Assembly (NCBI GenBank): GCA_032718475.1
Contig: JAUCBJ010007563.1
Coordinates: forward strand, 1 to 41,775
Direction: 5' to 3'
DNA from: Nemertoderma westbladi
Taxonomy: Eukaryota; Animalia; Xenacoelomorpha
DNA: 41,775 nt
The position numbers and the translations under genes are program-made. Position 1 is the first letter of the stretch. The number at the start of each line of letters is the position of its first letter. Shown piece after piece: positions 24,760-36,548 of the stretch. The notes beneath the pieces were generated by a model. It did no database searches. It had not been told where the DNA came from and was given only the letters and a program-made list of their open reading frames with translations.

Positions 24760-25072
24760 ATGATGCATTCCAGCTGCAAGGCTAATTTTGTCAGGTTTTC
24801 AATAAAATTACGCCAATGTGTTTATCCGCATCTTCAAGGCCAGTGGTCCTTTAAGATGCGTCCCTAGGAAGACAAGGTCTTAGAACTCCTCTGTCCTATT
24901 TAGCCTGCTCGACCGCTTGCATTCCAGCATCTAATGTGTCCAGGATGTAACTGGCTGCCACACTGCGTGGGTGTAGTCCGCTAGACGTCTCCTTAACTCC
25001 TGATCTAGACACTGGCTGGTCCTCGCAGTGAAAGCCATATCCTGCGAAGCAGAAGCGGCTCCGTTTCAGTGT
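24760..25072 (-). mobile_element. Rearranged RTE 3' fragments
   Basis: 24822-24862 is the reverse complement of 3333-3372. The minus strand encodes RFCFAGYGF.CEDQPV. Confidence 0.7.
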
Positions 25073-25122
25073 TAAGTTCTGGGTACTAATGAATGAATGG
25101 GAGAATCTTTTAGGCTCGTTAA

Positions 25123-25520
25123 CCCTATTAGTACCGGTCTATAAAATGTTGTAAAAATACTATATTGAGATATGATATTAATTGATATAATTTTAATATT
25201 AAAATAATTTGCACACAGCACCGAAAAATACAAGTTAGATACGCTTAGTGCAACTCGGATATATTCTATCGAAACAAGAACCCCAAAAACCCCTATTGCG
25301 CCAGATATAGGTTCAACAATCAATTTACAACATTAACATACAGTATTTCAAAATTTGGTGCTGGAACCAAAATTTGGCACCTACTGAAAAAAAAGTTTGA
25401 AGCTTCTAAATTAATTTATATGAATTATATCTAATTGCAAACACCAAAAAACCTGTGAAATTAAAAATAGATGTGTTACCAATCATATGTCATGTTATTT
25501 AATTTTCAAAAAAAAAACGT
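25123..25520. mobile_element. Truncated second copy of the piggyBac-type element
   Basis: TTAA-CCCTATTAGTACCGG matches the 15456 end. 25205-25520 is the reverse complement of ~14110-14430. Confidence 0.8.
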
Positions 25521-25809
25521 ACAGTCCACATTCTAGACCTGACTCGAATAAATTGAATTTTCTTGACCTGATTTTGATCAACTTTGAAAAAATGTCTTCA
25601 AGTTGTCCAAATGACCAGTGGAAATGTGAAAAACATAACTCGATTGTCGAGTGTACTGTACGTACAGTACATTGCATGTCAATACTGTAGGTACAGTCAA
25701 GGCCTAGGTACAGCAGAACACAGTGTAGATCAGTATATTTTTTTTAGCTAGTTCGTATTTTTTCAATGTAACAATATTTTTTATTAATTAACAAGATTGT
25801 ATATATAAG

Positions 25810-26245
25810 AAAGGACAAACGAAGAGACAGCAGAAACGAATGGGGTGAACCCGACCCCGGAGCTGTGACACTCCTCGGCGTGGGCCACGATCTTACGCTC
25901 CCGGCCTCAGTGAGGGCATGTCCAGGTTTGCTGGGTGGTGGGGACAGGAAGAGCGGAGGTTGATATCCTCTCGGATTCCTCTGCAGATGTGGACAGGGAG
26001 GTTAGGCCAGGATCTAGGTGTGGGTTGGCTGGTTGGTGGCCAAGGATGAGGGAAACCAGGGGTCCAGCCTGGCAAACGGAGTCTACATATGCAGCTGGTG
26101 CATGGTCAGTTGCCTTGTGCAGGCCTAGACCCCCCATAGCGGTTGGAAGGCATGCCTTGTTGTATGACCAGTTGGAGAGCGAACCTCCGACCAGGTCAGA
26201 CAAGGAGTCACGCATGATGAGGTCGAATTCCAAGGAATACCAGAG
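25810..26245 (-). pseudogene. CRE-clade non-LTR retrotransposon fragment (post-RT region)
   Basis: FD..MR.SL..LVG......KACLPTAMGGLGL......PAAYVDS. Confidence 0.65.
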
Positions 26246-26985
26246 ATGGAGGGCAACAGCGCAGGACATTGTATAGGCCTAATATAATAAATAATGGCGT
26301 TCTAGAAAAATATTAATTTTTGTTATTTTTTTTACATTTTGTCTTTTGACGTTGACTTTGACTCATTAGTGTGAACGCGGCCTAAGGATCAGCATCAGTA
26401 TATCGGAACAGCAGTACTTTGCACAGTACTTTTGTGCACAATGTACTTCTTGATACAATAGTCGATAACTTGATAGGCCTACAGTCCCAATCCCAATAAA
26501 CATTAACTTGGTCATTTTGGCGGCCAAAACGACCAAAATGGCCAAATATAAATTGCGGCATTCATGAAAGGAACTTCTGAGGCAAGCTGGCTTGTCAATC
26601 ACAGCCAGTGAATAGAGGCTGAGTGTAAGTAAAGTCCAGGATGTTGGCAGATAGAAAAAGGCTTCGATTTCCGGATTTCGAGACCATTGCCATTGGTTAG
26701 CTGTATGCTATTGTAATACAAAGAGAGCGGCAGGATAAAGAGAAATGCCGACCTCACTAATAATGGGCTGGTCCCACAGGTCACTTTAAGGTAGGTGGTA
26801 AAGTAGGTACTAGGCCCCTACAGTTTACATGTTCAAGGGCGCCAGTCCCTAGTCGCTAGCCCATAGTCTGTCATGGAGTTCCTGTAGTAGTTTCAGACGC
26901 TTTCACTCAGTATCCTAGTGTCCAGGAAGTTGGGAGTTGAGTGTGGGTGGGTGGATTGGTGGCCCCCACGCAACACCGCAGTGTC

Positions 26986-27546
26986 GGGTGACTACAAAAC
27001 AAAGACCAACGACCCAAATAATAAAGACCTGTACAAATACAAAACACATGTGTTAACTTTCGTTTATTGTTTTGGTTCCCTAACACGCCTCTGTAACCTG
27101 CTTCTTTACTAACCTGCTCCTTTAAATGGAAATGTGACCTCACGCTCTCTGGCAATGGGACCTAAAGCTCTTTGGAACCTAACGCTCTTTGGGACGTAAC
27201 GCGACTTTACCTCTTTGTTTTGTACAGGTCACAATGAGCGTTATGTACTATTTATTTTATTTTTATTTATTTATTTACACCAAACCGATGGTTCATATCA
27301 GTGTACAGTACATAATAATAGCACAAATATTAAATATAGTATAACTAACAGACTATAAGATAAACTATACGGTAGAAAGTAACTATAGTAGAATGAAAAA
27401 TATCACTATTGCTATTTAAAGGAGCAGGTTAGTAAAGGAGCAAGTTACAGAGGCGTAACGGGGTATTCAAAACAATTAACGAAAGTTAACACATGTAACA
27501 AGATTATGCAGGTCTTTATAATTGGGTCTTTGTTTTGTAGTCACCC
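26986..27546. mobile_element. Mutator-like MITE with ~140-bp TIRs and a 9-bp TSD
   Basis: GGGTGACTACAAAACAAAGACC... / ...GGTCTTTGTTTTGTAGTCACCC. CGCAGTGTC is duplicated at 26977-26985 and 27547-27555. Confidence 0.85.
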
Positions 27547-27604
27547 CGCAGTGTCCGCGAATTATACATTGTAAAAAAATATTTAAATAAATTTAAAAAT
27601 ATTA

Positions 27605-27910
27605 TTGAAATTAATTTCCGAAATTAACATCCCGAAATTAATTTATGGACGTCCATTAATTAGTTATTTCAATACGATTCTGATTGGTTGATAGATTAAT
27701 TTCGGGACGTCCATAAATTAATTTCGGGACGTCCATAAATTAATTTCGGGACGTCCATAAGTTAAATTCGGGACGTCCATAAGTTAATTTCGGGACGTCC
27801 ATATAGTTAATTTCGGGACGTCCATAAATTAATTTCGGGACGTCCATAAATTAATTTCGGGACGTCCATAAGTTAATTTCGGGACGTCCATAAATTAATT
27901 TCGGGACGTT
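27605..27910. repeat. 22-bp tandem array (TAATTTCGGGACGTCCATAAAT) x~10 with inverted copies at 27605-27658
   Basis: Direct inspection. Confidence 0.9.
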
Positions 27911-29141
27911 CAGATTATTATACATACTCCTCCTTTAACGAAGCACCATTCAACTCTTTTTATAAGACTGTGTAGGCCTACTCTATCAATGCCTCAGTGG
28001 GCGGACTCCAGTATTGCAAGGCTCAGCGCCGGGTAAGTTAACAATCTGTCAATAATAAAAATGAAAGCGAGCCGACATTTAGTCAGATCCACCAAATGGA
28101 TGGCCAAGGAGACAGACTGTCTGGATTGAGCTGATTCGAGATAAATCGCTTCGCCAAAACGACCAAGTAGCCCATAGAAACACACTGCATTTTTTTGGTG
28201 ATTTTGGTCATTTTGGCCGCCAAAACGACCAAGTTAATGTTTATTGGGATTGGGATTGTATCTTAATGAGGTTTTACTTTGGTGTTTATGTTGGTTTGCT
28301 AAGTTCCGTTAAAAAGACTGCATTATTTATTCCTCATAAGACCCTGTCGAGCCTTTGGCTCTCCAGTGGCAGCCTATTGCTCAAGGCAGTAATGTTGACT
28401 TGTGCCGTACTTAACATTTTCTGTAATATCTCAAGAACTATTCGCTCTATGCTTATTTTGATGGTGTCTACCCCCACTAAATCGGTCATTGCGGTTCTAA
28501 TGAGCATAATAATAATGCCGTAGGAGAACTAAAAGTTGTCCATCACCAATATTGAGAATAATCATCACTTGCGCCAAAGAGTAAGTTCTGGTCATGTGCC
28601 TGTGGCACTACTTCCATTAATCCAAAAATTAAAATTTTGGTATCTAACTAAGTTTGGACCCATTTGATGACATTTGATGCATGCAGGAAGTTCTTTTTTG
28701 AGTCATTGATCTTTCATCAATGTGTTATATTGTTATAAATTTCATTATGGTGCATCGCGATGGCACAAAATTTCAACCCTCTTGGGATCCGTGAAGATAT
28801 AGACGAAATTTAAAGATAATTTTTTTTGCCTTATTTTTTTACAATTTGGCAACTTTTGTGCACCGGTAGAACAATGAAATCGAAAAAAAGTAAAAAACGC
28901 ACCGCCCTAATAAGCAGGTCATCGGCTTACTGATATAAACTAACTGTAAAAAAGTTACTGTTGTTAAGATAGGTTCCGGTAGCCGTTTATGAGAAGATGT
29001 ATACCGGGATGTTCTGTCAGATTTACTTTCGGTTTATCGAGTTCCGTTTATAGGCCTATACAGTGGGTATAGTCTATAATGCGTAATGCCTTGCCGCTAG
29101 AGTGGGCCTACACGTGCAATGTACACATACTACATAGACTA

Positions 29142-29300
29142 CAGTCCCAATCCCAATAAACATTAACTTGGTCATTTTGGCGGCCAAAATTACCAAAATG
29201 GCCAAGTAAATACTGCGGTATTCATGAAAGGAACTGCTGAGGCACGTTGGCTTGTCAATCACAGCCAGTGAATACAGGCTGAGTGTAAGTAAAGCCCAGC
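29142..29300. mobile_element. Left end of another copy of the Tc1-type element
   Basis: Direct repeat of 26482-26640. Confidence 0.8.
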
Positions 29301-31707
29301 ATTTTGGCGCTGAGGTAGAGTTCTGAGGTAGAGTTCTCTCTACCTTTAGGTAGAGAGAAAGGCTCCAGTGTAGTAATGGCTGGGCTCGCCACTGTAGTAA
29401 ACATGCCTGTAAGAGTGAAGTGTGAGGCGCCCTAACTTATTATTTTCTACATATTTTTTACTAATCTAATAATTAACACCCCTTTACCTGTCACCTAGGT
29501 TATAAGCAGTGTGCTAGCACTTGCAGCGTAATAATTAATTATTTACTTTAATTTTATTCGATTGGTAATAAAAATAACAAGTTCAAATATTTAATTTGTA
29601 AAAATTCTTTAAAATATGAGAAAAGTACTTTACATATTTTTCTTTATTTAGCTGTGTAAGGGTCCAGTAGTATACCGCTTACCAGATCCTAGTAACGATA
29701 TATCTTACTATGAGACTCTAGTAATGTATACGGGCTCGTACAGTATCTGACAACAAATCCCAGTCCAGGATATCTAAACAAACAGATACAATACACAAAC
29801 GACTACTGGCGAGGAACAGAGCCTAGTATCTATTCTATGTACGTGAGCGGGTCTAATGCCTACTGTACGTACTAGACAAAAGGATACCTGTCCTCTAACC
29901 GGTGAGGCAGATGTACAGTTACAGTAACAGACCAAACTCACGGGAAAACAATCCCCGCGCAGCGAATCCTAACTATCACTGACAGTCCTAAATACAGTAA
30001 CTTGCCGCGGTGTGATTTATATGGTTTATATACGAACTAGGTGGTTAACAGACCTAGTGTAACAATGCTGATTACCCCTGTCTAAATCAGCCTAAAAGTC
30101 GTGCCTAAATGTAACGATAACTGATCCCCCTGTACGAAATCAGTCTAAAGGGTCAAGCCTAAATGTAACAATACTGCTGGACAGAAAACAACAGTTTGAT
30201 AACGAAAGTGAAATGCTCTCTCTTGCCGCAACTAAATATCAGATCCTAATTTTACAAATACAGATAATTTCTACCTAAAATAATGTATAGTGCGCTATAG
30301 CTAGTAGAACTCTAAGGGCAATATGTTTTAGGGCGTGTGTGTGTGGGTGTGTTACAAAATAAAACAATTTCGTGTAATTCCTTTACTAGGTTTTAGTGAT
30401 TTTCTGACCGAAATGATACCGTGCGCTAGCTACTAAAATAAACTAGTCGCGTTTTGTAGAACTTTATACTCACAAATGACGTCAAAGCTCTCTCCTTCCT
30501 ATCCACAACCCAATGGGCAACCACAGTGTTAGTAACTACACCCGTGATCGGCACTAATACCAGATTCTGGTTGTAAGATAAGAAATAGGGGTTAATCGCT
30601 ACCGTACGTTAGCTGATCTGGTATACTAATTTAATTCTAGAACTTTGTTGCTGCGGTAGTTAGCAGCAATACCTATCAGTACGTGGCAAGGCGCGGTAGG
30701 ATATTAATAAACCTCCCTAGGCCAAGCAGTGTGCCGGTAGCAGAAATACTCCTTGCCTGATCAAATAGCTAACTCCAGACAGGGGGGGGGGGGGGGGGTA
30801 CTAATGTACGTTCTACAAAGCGAACCGGTACCAAACAGTCAATACTACGAATCACTAAATTATGGAACATATGCTGTCCGTACCTAATATGTACTCGCGT
30901 ACTGACGAATGGCAATAGTTCGCACCTGTAGGAAGTACAGGTTAACCCAGGGGTTCGTAGGACTGACAAAGGGGGGGGTGTTTCTGTCTGAATATAATTA
31001 TTTGATCCTAAATTTGCGGCGTCCAGGACGGCGTCACGCTTACCCTGATCTATAGGTCTTACGGCGGGCAAGGGCGTCGAACAAAGTCTTACCTTCTCAC
31101 AAAGCGGGCGCTGCATGGCAAGTGGAGTATTTCGAAGGGCAAAGGGGGTGCGCGGTCAATCCAATGTGGGCGCTAGCGTGTTGTGGACATCTTTTCCCTG
31201 CGTTGCTGACGGCCTAACGGTCTAGGCTGCCATCTTCCCGATGTTTGGCTGTCCCAAGATTGGACCAAAAGAAAACATGTTCAGGAATTTGCAGTATATT
31301 TACAGTTTTAACAAAGGATTTATCAAACGAAGTTTCAACAAGAAACCAAATAAACTAAATAACAATTTAACTAATACTAATCTGGGATAAGTTGATAACC
31401 GAAGGCAAACCGGCCTTTTTATACTAAATATCGCACATGGAAACTAAACAGAATTTTCCACAGCTTCACATTTGAGCAATAAAGTGCTTTGTGCCCTATG
31501 ATTGGCCCAGCTCATCGTTCAACGCAATCCGGCCCTTACACTAATCTGGGACATGGAATCCTAACAGAATTTTCCACTGCCTCACATTTGAGCAATAAGA
31601 TCATTTATGCCCTATGATTGGCCTGGCTCATCATTCGCTATGTTGTACGCTTCTCATTGGTCCACCAATTAGCACCAAACGAAAATAAATGGCCCCAAAA
31701 TACAAAT

Positions 31708-31780
31708 TTCCCGACCGGGATTCGAACTCGTAACCTATCTGTAATGTAACCAACGCCTTAACCATCTGACCACTACGCCA
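31708..31780 (-). ncRNA. tRNA-derived Pol III-type unit (not a functional tRNA), copy 2
   Basis: TGGCGTAGTGGTCAGATGGTTAAGGCG...GAGTTCGAATCCCGGTCGGGAA followed by TTTGTATTTT. Confidence 0.65.
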
Positions 31781-32555
31781 CGAGAGTACCTAAGGGTTTT
31801 ATGTGTACAAATATGAATAGGCATATTACATTACTGTAACTTAATCAAAATGCGTCGGATTTTCGAAAGTTTTTACGTTAAAGTTAAACTACAAATGCTA
31901 CCTTATAGTGAAATAATTCATCACCGCTCCATGAAAACAGTAAGTAAGACTGTTTTCACCAATCGAAATATAAAATATTTACAAACTACTTCTAAATCTA
32001 CTGGTAGGGCCTAAAATATAAAATATAATCACTATCTAATTATTGCATACTTAATATTGCAGATACGGCGTAAATACAATCGATCGTACATACAAATACA
32101 AATTTACTAATTAACTTTAGTGCCTAAAATACAAAAAGGGCTTTCGGTTATCAAGGTAAGCAAATTAAACAAATCAGAACAAATAAATCAAAACAAATCG
32201 AACAAATAATTGTAACTCTTTCGATAAATCTTTATATATTGTAAATATACATAATAAATTCACCAAATTAAATCAGTCCAAATATAAAATAAACATAATG
32301 TGCTAAAATCCTTTCAAATAAGTCTTAAAGAGTCCTCCTGACGATCTGAAAAGTTCGTCCTGCTGGTCTGGATATCTTCTCCTGAGCACTAATTGCTAAC
32401 GGTAGGCTCGCAAGCCTTCCTTTCCATATCTCGCTCTTCCTTCATCTCGCTCTCCTAATCCTTAGTCGAACGGCTCGTCCACGTCCTCTAATACGATTGG
32501 GTGGTGGTCGGGATCGAACTGGACTCGGGCTTCGGTGTCGAGCTGTCGGTGGTTC

Positions 32556-32920
32556 CTACGTCGAGTTGCCTGCGGTTCTAGAATACCGGGAAATGAAATG
32601 ACCGCCTTCTTGGTAACGCAGACTTTGGTGGTATGAGCATCGCGCTAATATCGGCTCGGGGTTCTCGCAAACGTCGCTGGCGTCGCATAACGCATCGTAG
32701 GGGTACAACGCTTTGAACTCCGCGTGTAACTCCTCCGCTCTTTTGTTATAAGCGTCCAATCGCTGTCGCGTGATGTTTGGATCCGCCTTGGACTTAGCGA
32801 GCTTGGCTGTACTCCTAGCCATACTCTCCACTTCAAACACGTTAAAGTTTTGGCCCCATATCAGTTGAACGGCGCCTGGTGCTCCTATTCCTGCGTGGAT
32901 CCCTGATAATAGTGTTTCTA
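32556..32920 (-). pseudogene. Internally deleted homolog of orphan ORF2
   Basis: MARSTAKLAKSKADPN...YNKR.EEL..EF..LYPYD.LCDAS..CENP is shared with 17330-17520. Confidence 0.7.
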
Positions 32921-33610
32921 CTAGAGGAAGCACAAACAGAGGTTAGATGTGAGGAGACTTATTTTGTCGGCTTTTGGCTCAACTTTGCTCTAAACCCCTA
33001 CCCATTTGCCTAATGATTTCGGGTTCACGTGATTTCGCACTGGCTCCTAATCCAAAAAATGTGCCGATAAAAAACGAATTCCGGGTAAACTAGCCGTGAG
33101 TCTAAAATACTCACCTTTTAATTTCCCACGCTACACTTCCCAAGAAAAATAGTGCAGTCGAGAATTAATTGGTCTAAATAATAGTAGACACGACTACGTA
33201 GAACAAGGCCGATTTTCTTTTTCCAAAAAAAATTTATCGGTAGGCTCGCAAGCCTTCCATCCGCTCTTGTCCTCCCCAATTTTAATTTTTATCTAGCTGT
33301 ATTCTAGAATTTGCTTTCACTGGAGAATCGTTTTTCTTAAATTTAAATCCAAATAAATGGATTTGTCTAATAAATTTTGAAAAATGTCTCACTTGTGGGT
33401 TCCAAGTGGAATTCCATTCCTACTGTACACACAATCCCGCTCCTATGTGATACATAAGGGTACTACCCTCCATGTTCACGCATAAAGACAATGGAATTCC
33501 ACCGCTGTCTCTATCTACAGTGAAGAGGATTACAAATGCACGTACAGTAATACAAATACAAATAACTAAAATACAGTAGGTCTATGTGGCGGCCAACCAA
33601 GGTCCCACAT

Positions 33611-36264
33611 CTATTTACTAATATTGGGTGGAGATTTGTAGTCTCCCGTCTCGTTTCTAGTCTCCTCAAGGAGTACGAGACGTTGTACAGGCCTATCTAC
33701 GGTACGTCCGTCGATAGTCCTTACAGTAACTGTCCTCACTACACCAGATGTAGGGTGTGTGGTCAAAATGACTCCAGTCAGCCAAAACCGTCTTTTCAGA
33801 TTAGCTTCAGCCAATAAAACATGGTCACCACGTCTTAGACATCGGGTATTTAGATACCAAGAGGTTCTGGTCGAAATAGAGGGCAAATAATATTTCTGCC
33901 ATATTTCCCAGAATTTATTTGCAAGCAATTGAGTGATTTTCCAAGCCTTGTTGCCGTATCCGTCACTATCAACGGGTACCGAAATGGGCAACAATGTCGT
34001 CGGCGCCTGCATAAGCAGGTGCGCTGGTGTCAAGGCAAACTGTACGTCGTTATTGTCTGGGAACAAAGCGATCGGTCTAGTGTGATTGCTTCGATTTCTA
34101 TTAGTAACGTCGTCAGTTGGTCGTCTGTCAAGATGTGTTGCGTCGGTACTACTTTAGCCATAGCTGTCTTTATTGAGCCAATCAGCCTTTCCCAAACGCC
34201 GCCTCTCCACGGACTGTCTGGAGTATTGAAATACCAAACAATACGGTGAGGACGTAGTTCCTCGGAAATCTGGTTTTGGTCCAATTTTCTCAAAGCTCTG
34301 GTTATTTCGTTCCGTGCACCCACAAAGTTTGTCCCTTGGTCGCAGTATATGGATTTGACCAATCCACGTCTTGCGATAAATCGCCGTAAGGCTAGGATAA
34401 AGGCATTGGTGGTCAAGTCTGTCACTCGCTCTATATGGACAGCTCTGCTGGCCATGCAAGTGAAGATCAATCCCCAACGTTTTACCTGTACCCTTCCGCG
34501 TTTCACGATTATGGGTCCAAAACAGTCTATCCCTGTCTCAGTGAAAGGGGGTCTAAACGCCTGTAATCTAGCTAGTGGTAGTTCACTCATTTCTTGGTGT
34601 CCTATCCTCGCATGCACCTTCTTACAAATAATACAGTTCCGTGTTACCGAACTCAGTGCCTTACTAGGTCTAATCAGTACAAACCTCGAGCGTAAGTGTG
34701 ATAGACAGTGGTGTCTACCTACGTGTTTGAGTTGTACATGTGCGTCCAGTATCATAGCGCGCTGTAATTCATGGTGTTGCGGTATGATGATAGGATACCT
34801 AAAATCAAGTGCAAAGTCGATGTTTTGGAGTCTGGACTTGTGACAAAGTAAGCCCCGGTAAATAATCGGACTCCAACTCAAAATCGGTGAAGACTTAATC
34901 TGTTTACCTTGTTTGATCGCTGTGAACTCTCGTGCGAAATATCGCAATTGATAATGTCGAATGATATCAACTTCACAGTGGCCAATTTCCTTTAAGGTAA
35001 GTCTTCTAGGAAAGTCGCGTTTGCCTCTGGCATATTGTCTCAATCGTTTGAGCCATGCTAACTTGCGGCACGCGTCAGTCCATGATCTAGTTAGGTTCAC
35101 TATCCTGTCAACGTAAGTGTTAGTGACGTCATCAGGTAAGGTGTAATCGTAGTGTGGATACTTGTCTGGACTTGGTAGGCCTACGGGCCTTCCGGTAGGT
35201 TTGTCTGAGTCCCCAAGTACGTCAATCTCTACGGTCTTACCTTTACCGTCCGCACCTAATGTGTCGACTGGCAGTAATGGTTTCAACTCTACAGTGTCAG
35301 TGTGTTCCTGTGAGCCTGTAAGCTTCCTAACCTTAGTCACACGTTTACCTGTAGGTAAGTCAAGTACCTTCTTCGAGCGGAGTGTAATCCCTGTGGCCAC
35401 ACCTTTGTCGTCCAAAGAAGTCAAATTTGGTAAGTCTCTAAAGGTCCGCTCCAATGGGTCTTCTAATGGAGTGTCTAGTAGACAGTCTGGTGAAGCGTCT
35501 GGTGAACAGTCTGGTGAGACGTCTGGTGAGACATAGCGCGGAACATCCGACGAAATATCCTGTCGTCGGTCCCAAAGTCTGTCTAGCGTAACTTCTGTCA
35601 GAAAGTCTGGTTCAAAGTCTGGTCTAAAGTCTGGTGGACAGTCTGTCGAGATGTCTGGTGGAAAGTCTGGTGAGACGTCCGGTAGACATTCTGTCGAGAG
35701 TTCCATCAAACAATCTGGCGAACAATCCGGAGAACAATCTGGTGTCTCTTCTGGTGAATAGTCTGGCGAGTAATCTGGTGAACAATCCGGCGAAACGTCT
35801 GGTGAAATCTCCCGCGGAACATCCGGCGAAGGATTCATACAAGCGTCTGGTCGAGTGTCTGGCGAGACATCTGGCGTAATGTCAGGTCTGGCGTCCAGGT
35901 CATCAGATTTCGTCCGTCCTTTTTTCCTCTTGACCTTGGCGTTGGCTTTCGCTTTAGACTTGACAACCTTGTCGAGTTTTATCTCGGCATCCTCTGGTAT
36001 GGTGTTGGTTGTCGCGTCGAATAACGGTGGCCATTCGTCTGATGGTCGCTGTAGGAAATCGGGTCCTCTAAACCAAAAGGATTTATTGTCCGGTTTACAA
36101 AAGTCAAGCGGTTGCATCCCCCGTGACGCGGTGTCAGCTGGGTTCAGCTTCCCTGGACAGTGACGCCAATCTTGTTTGAGCGACCGGTCTAATATTTCAG
36201 CCCGTCTGTTGGCTACGAAAGTCTTGAACTCAAATGCTTCGTTGTTTATGTACCAAAGTACCAA
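33611..36264 (-). pseudogene. pol: BEL pol C-terminal part: RH end, long linker, integrase (frameshift near 34050) and DUF5641-like tail
   Basis: FVANR..EI, W.H.PG..NPAD.ASRG, H..LKH...C..C, PFTETGIDCFGP, FTCMASRAVHIE, LRRFIARRG...CDQGTNF, PWRGGVWERL, LTPAHLL...FW..W...YL. Confidence 0.92.
35480..35890 (-). repeat. In-frame 12-bp repeat array encoding (S/P/T)PD(V/C/Y/F) tetrapeptides
   Basis: gtctggtgaaca-like units, visible in the translated ORF. Confidence 0.9.
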
Positions 36265-36272
36265 CGTCGCCT

Positions 36273-36542
36273 TTAAGTTAGCTTAGTCGTGACCTTTAAG
36301 TTAGCCTCCAGCTCGCGTTGAACTAGACTGACAATATCGGTGGATATCGTCCCGGCTTGCAGCTCCCCACGAGGTACAGTCATATACTTCAATGGCATCG
36401 TTCTAGCCCTTGAATTAACGAGAGATACATCGTAGCTGTCCGATGTCACTTGTCGTCTAAGGTATAAAGTAACCCCCAATCCATCCTTGCTAGCGTCACT
36501 AAAGCTGTGAAGCTCTAAATCGGCAGGAAAGGTGGTTTGCAA
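36273..36542 (-). pseudogene. pol: BEL RNase H (Pao peptidase A17 region)
   Basis: ELHSFSDAS...YLR...SRAR..PL...TVPR.EL. Confidence 0.9.
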
Positions 36543-36548
36543 AGGAAA

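Larger units (their letters stand above)
26482..28258. mobile_element. Tc1/mariner-type non-autonomous element, ~65-bp TIRs, TA flanks
   Basis: TA-CAGTCCCAATCCCAATAAACATTAACTTGGTC... versus ...GACCAAGTTAATGTTTATTGGGATTGGGATTG-TA. Confidence 0.7.
31278..33433 (-). repeat. Putative long 3' LTR (TGT...ACA), boundaries tentative
   Basis: Purine tract AGGAGCGGGA precedes TGT at 33433. CCAAT boxes and TATAAAA (~31420) lie near the 3' end, which reads ...GAACA at 31278. There is no second LTR of this copy to confirm the limits. Confidence 0.45.

Noticed and set aside
30325-30355. Inverted similarity to 41533-41560
   Set aside because: Short and dominated by (GT)n low complexity.
31708-31780. Functional tRNA gene (also 12553-12626)
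   Set aside because: Acceptor, anticodon and T stems do not pair properly; only the promoter boxes remain.
12264-33433. One giant element with the two LTR-like modules as paired 5' and 3' LTRs
   Set aside because: The modules are visibly diverged, their termini differ and no shared TSD was found; different subfamilies are more likely, though this is not excluded.
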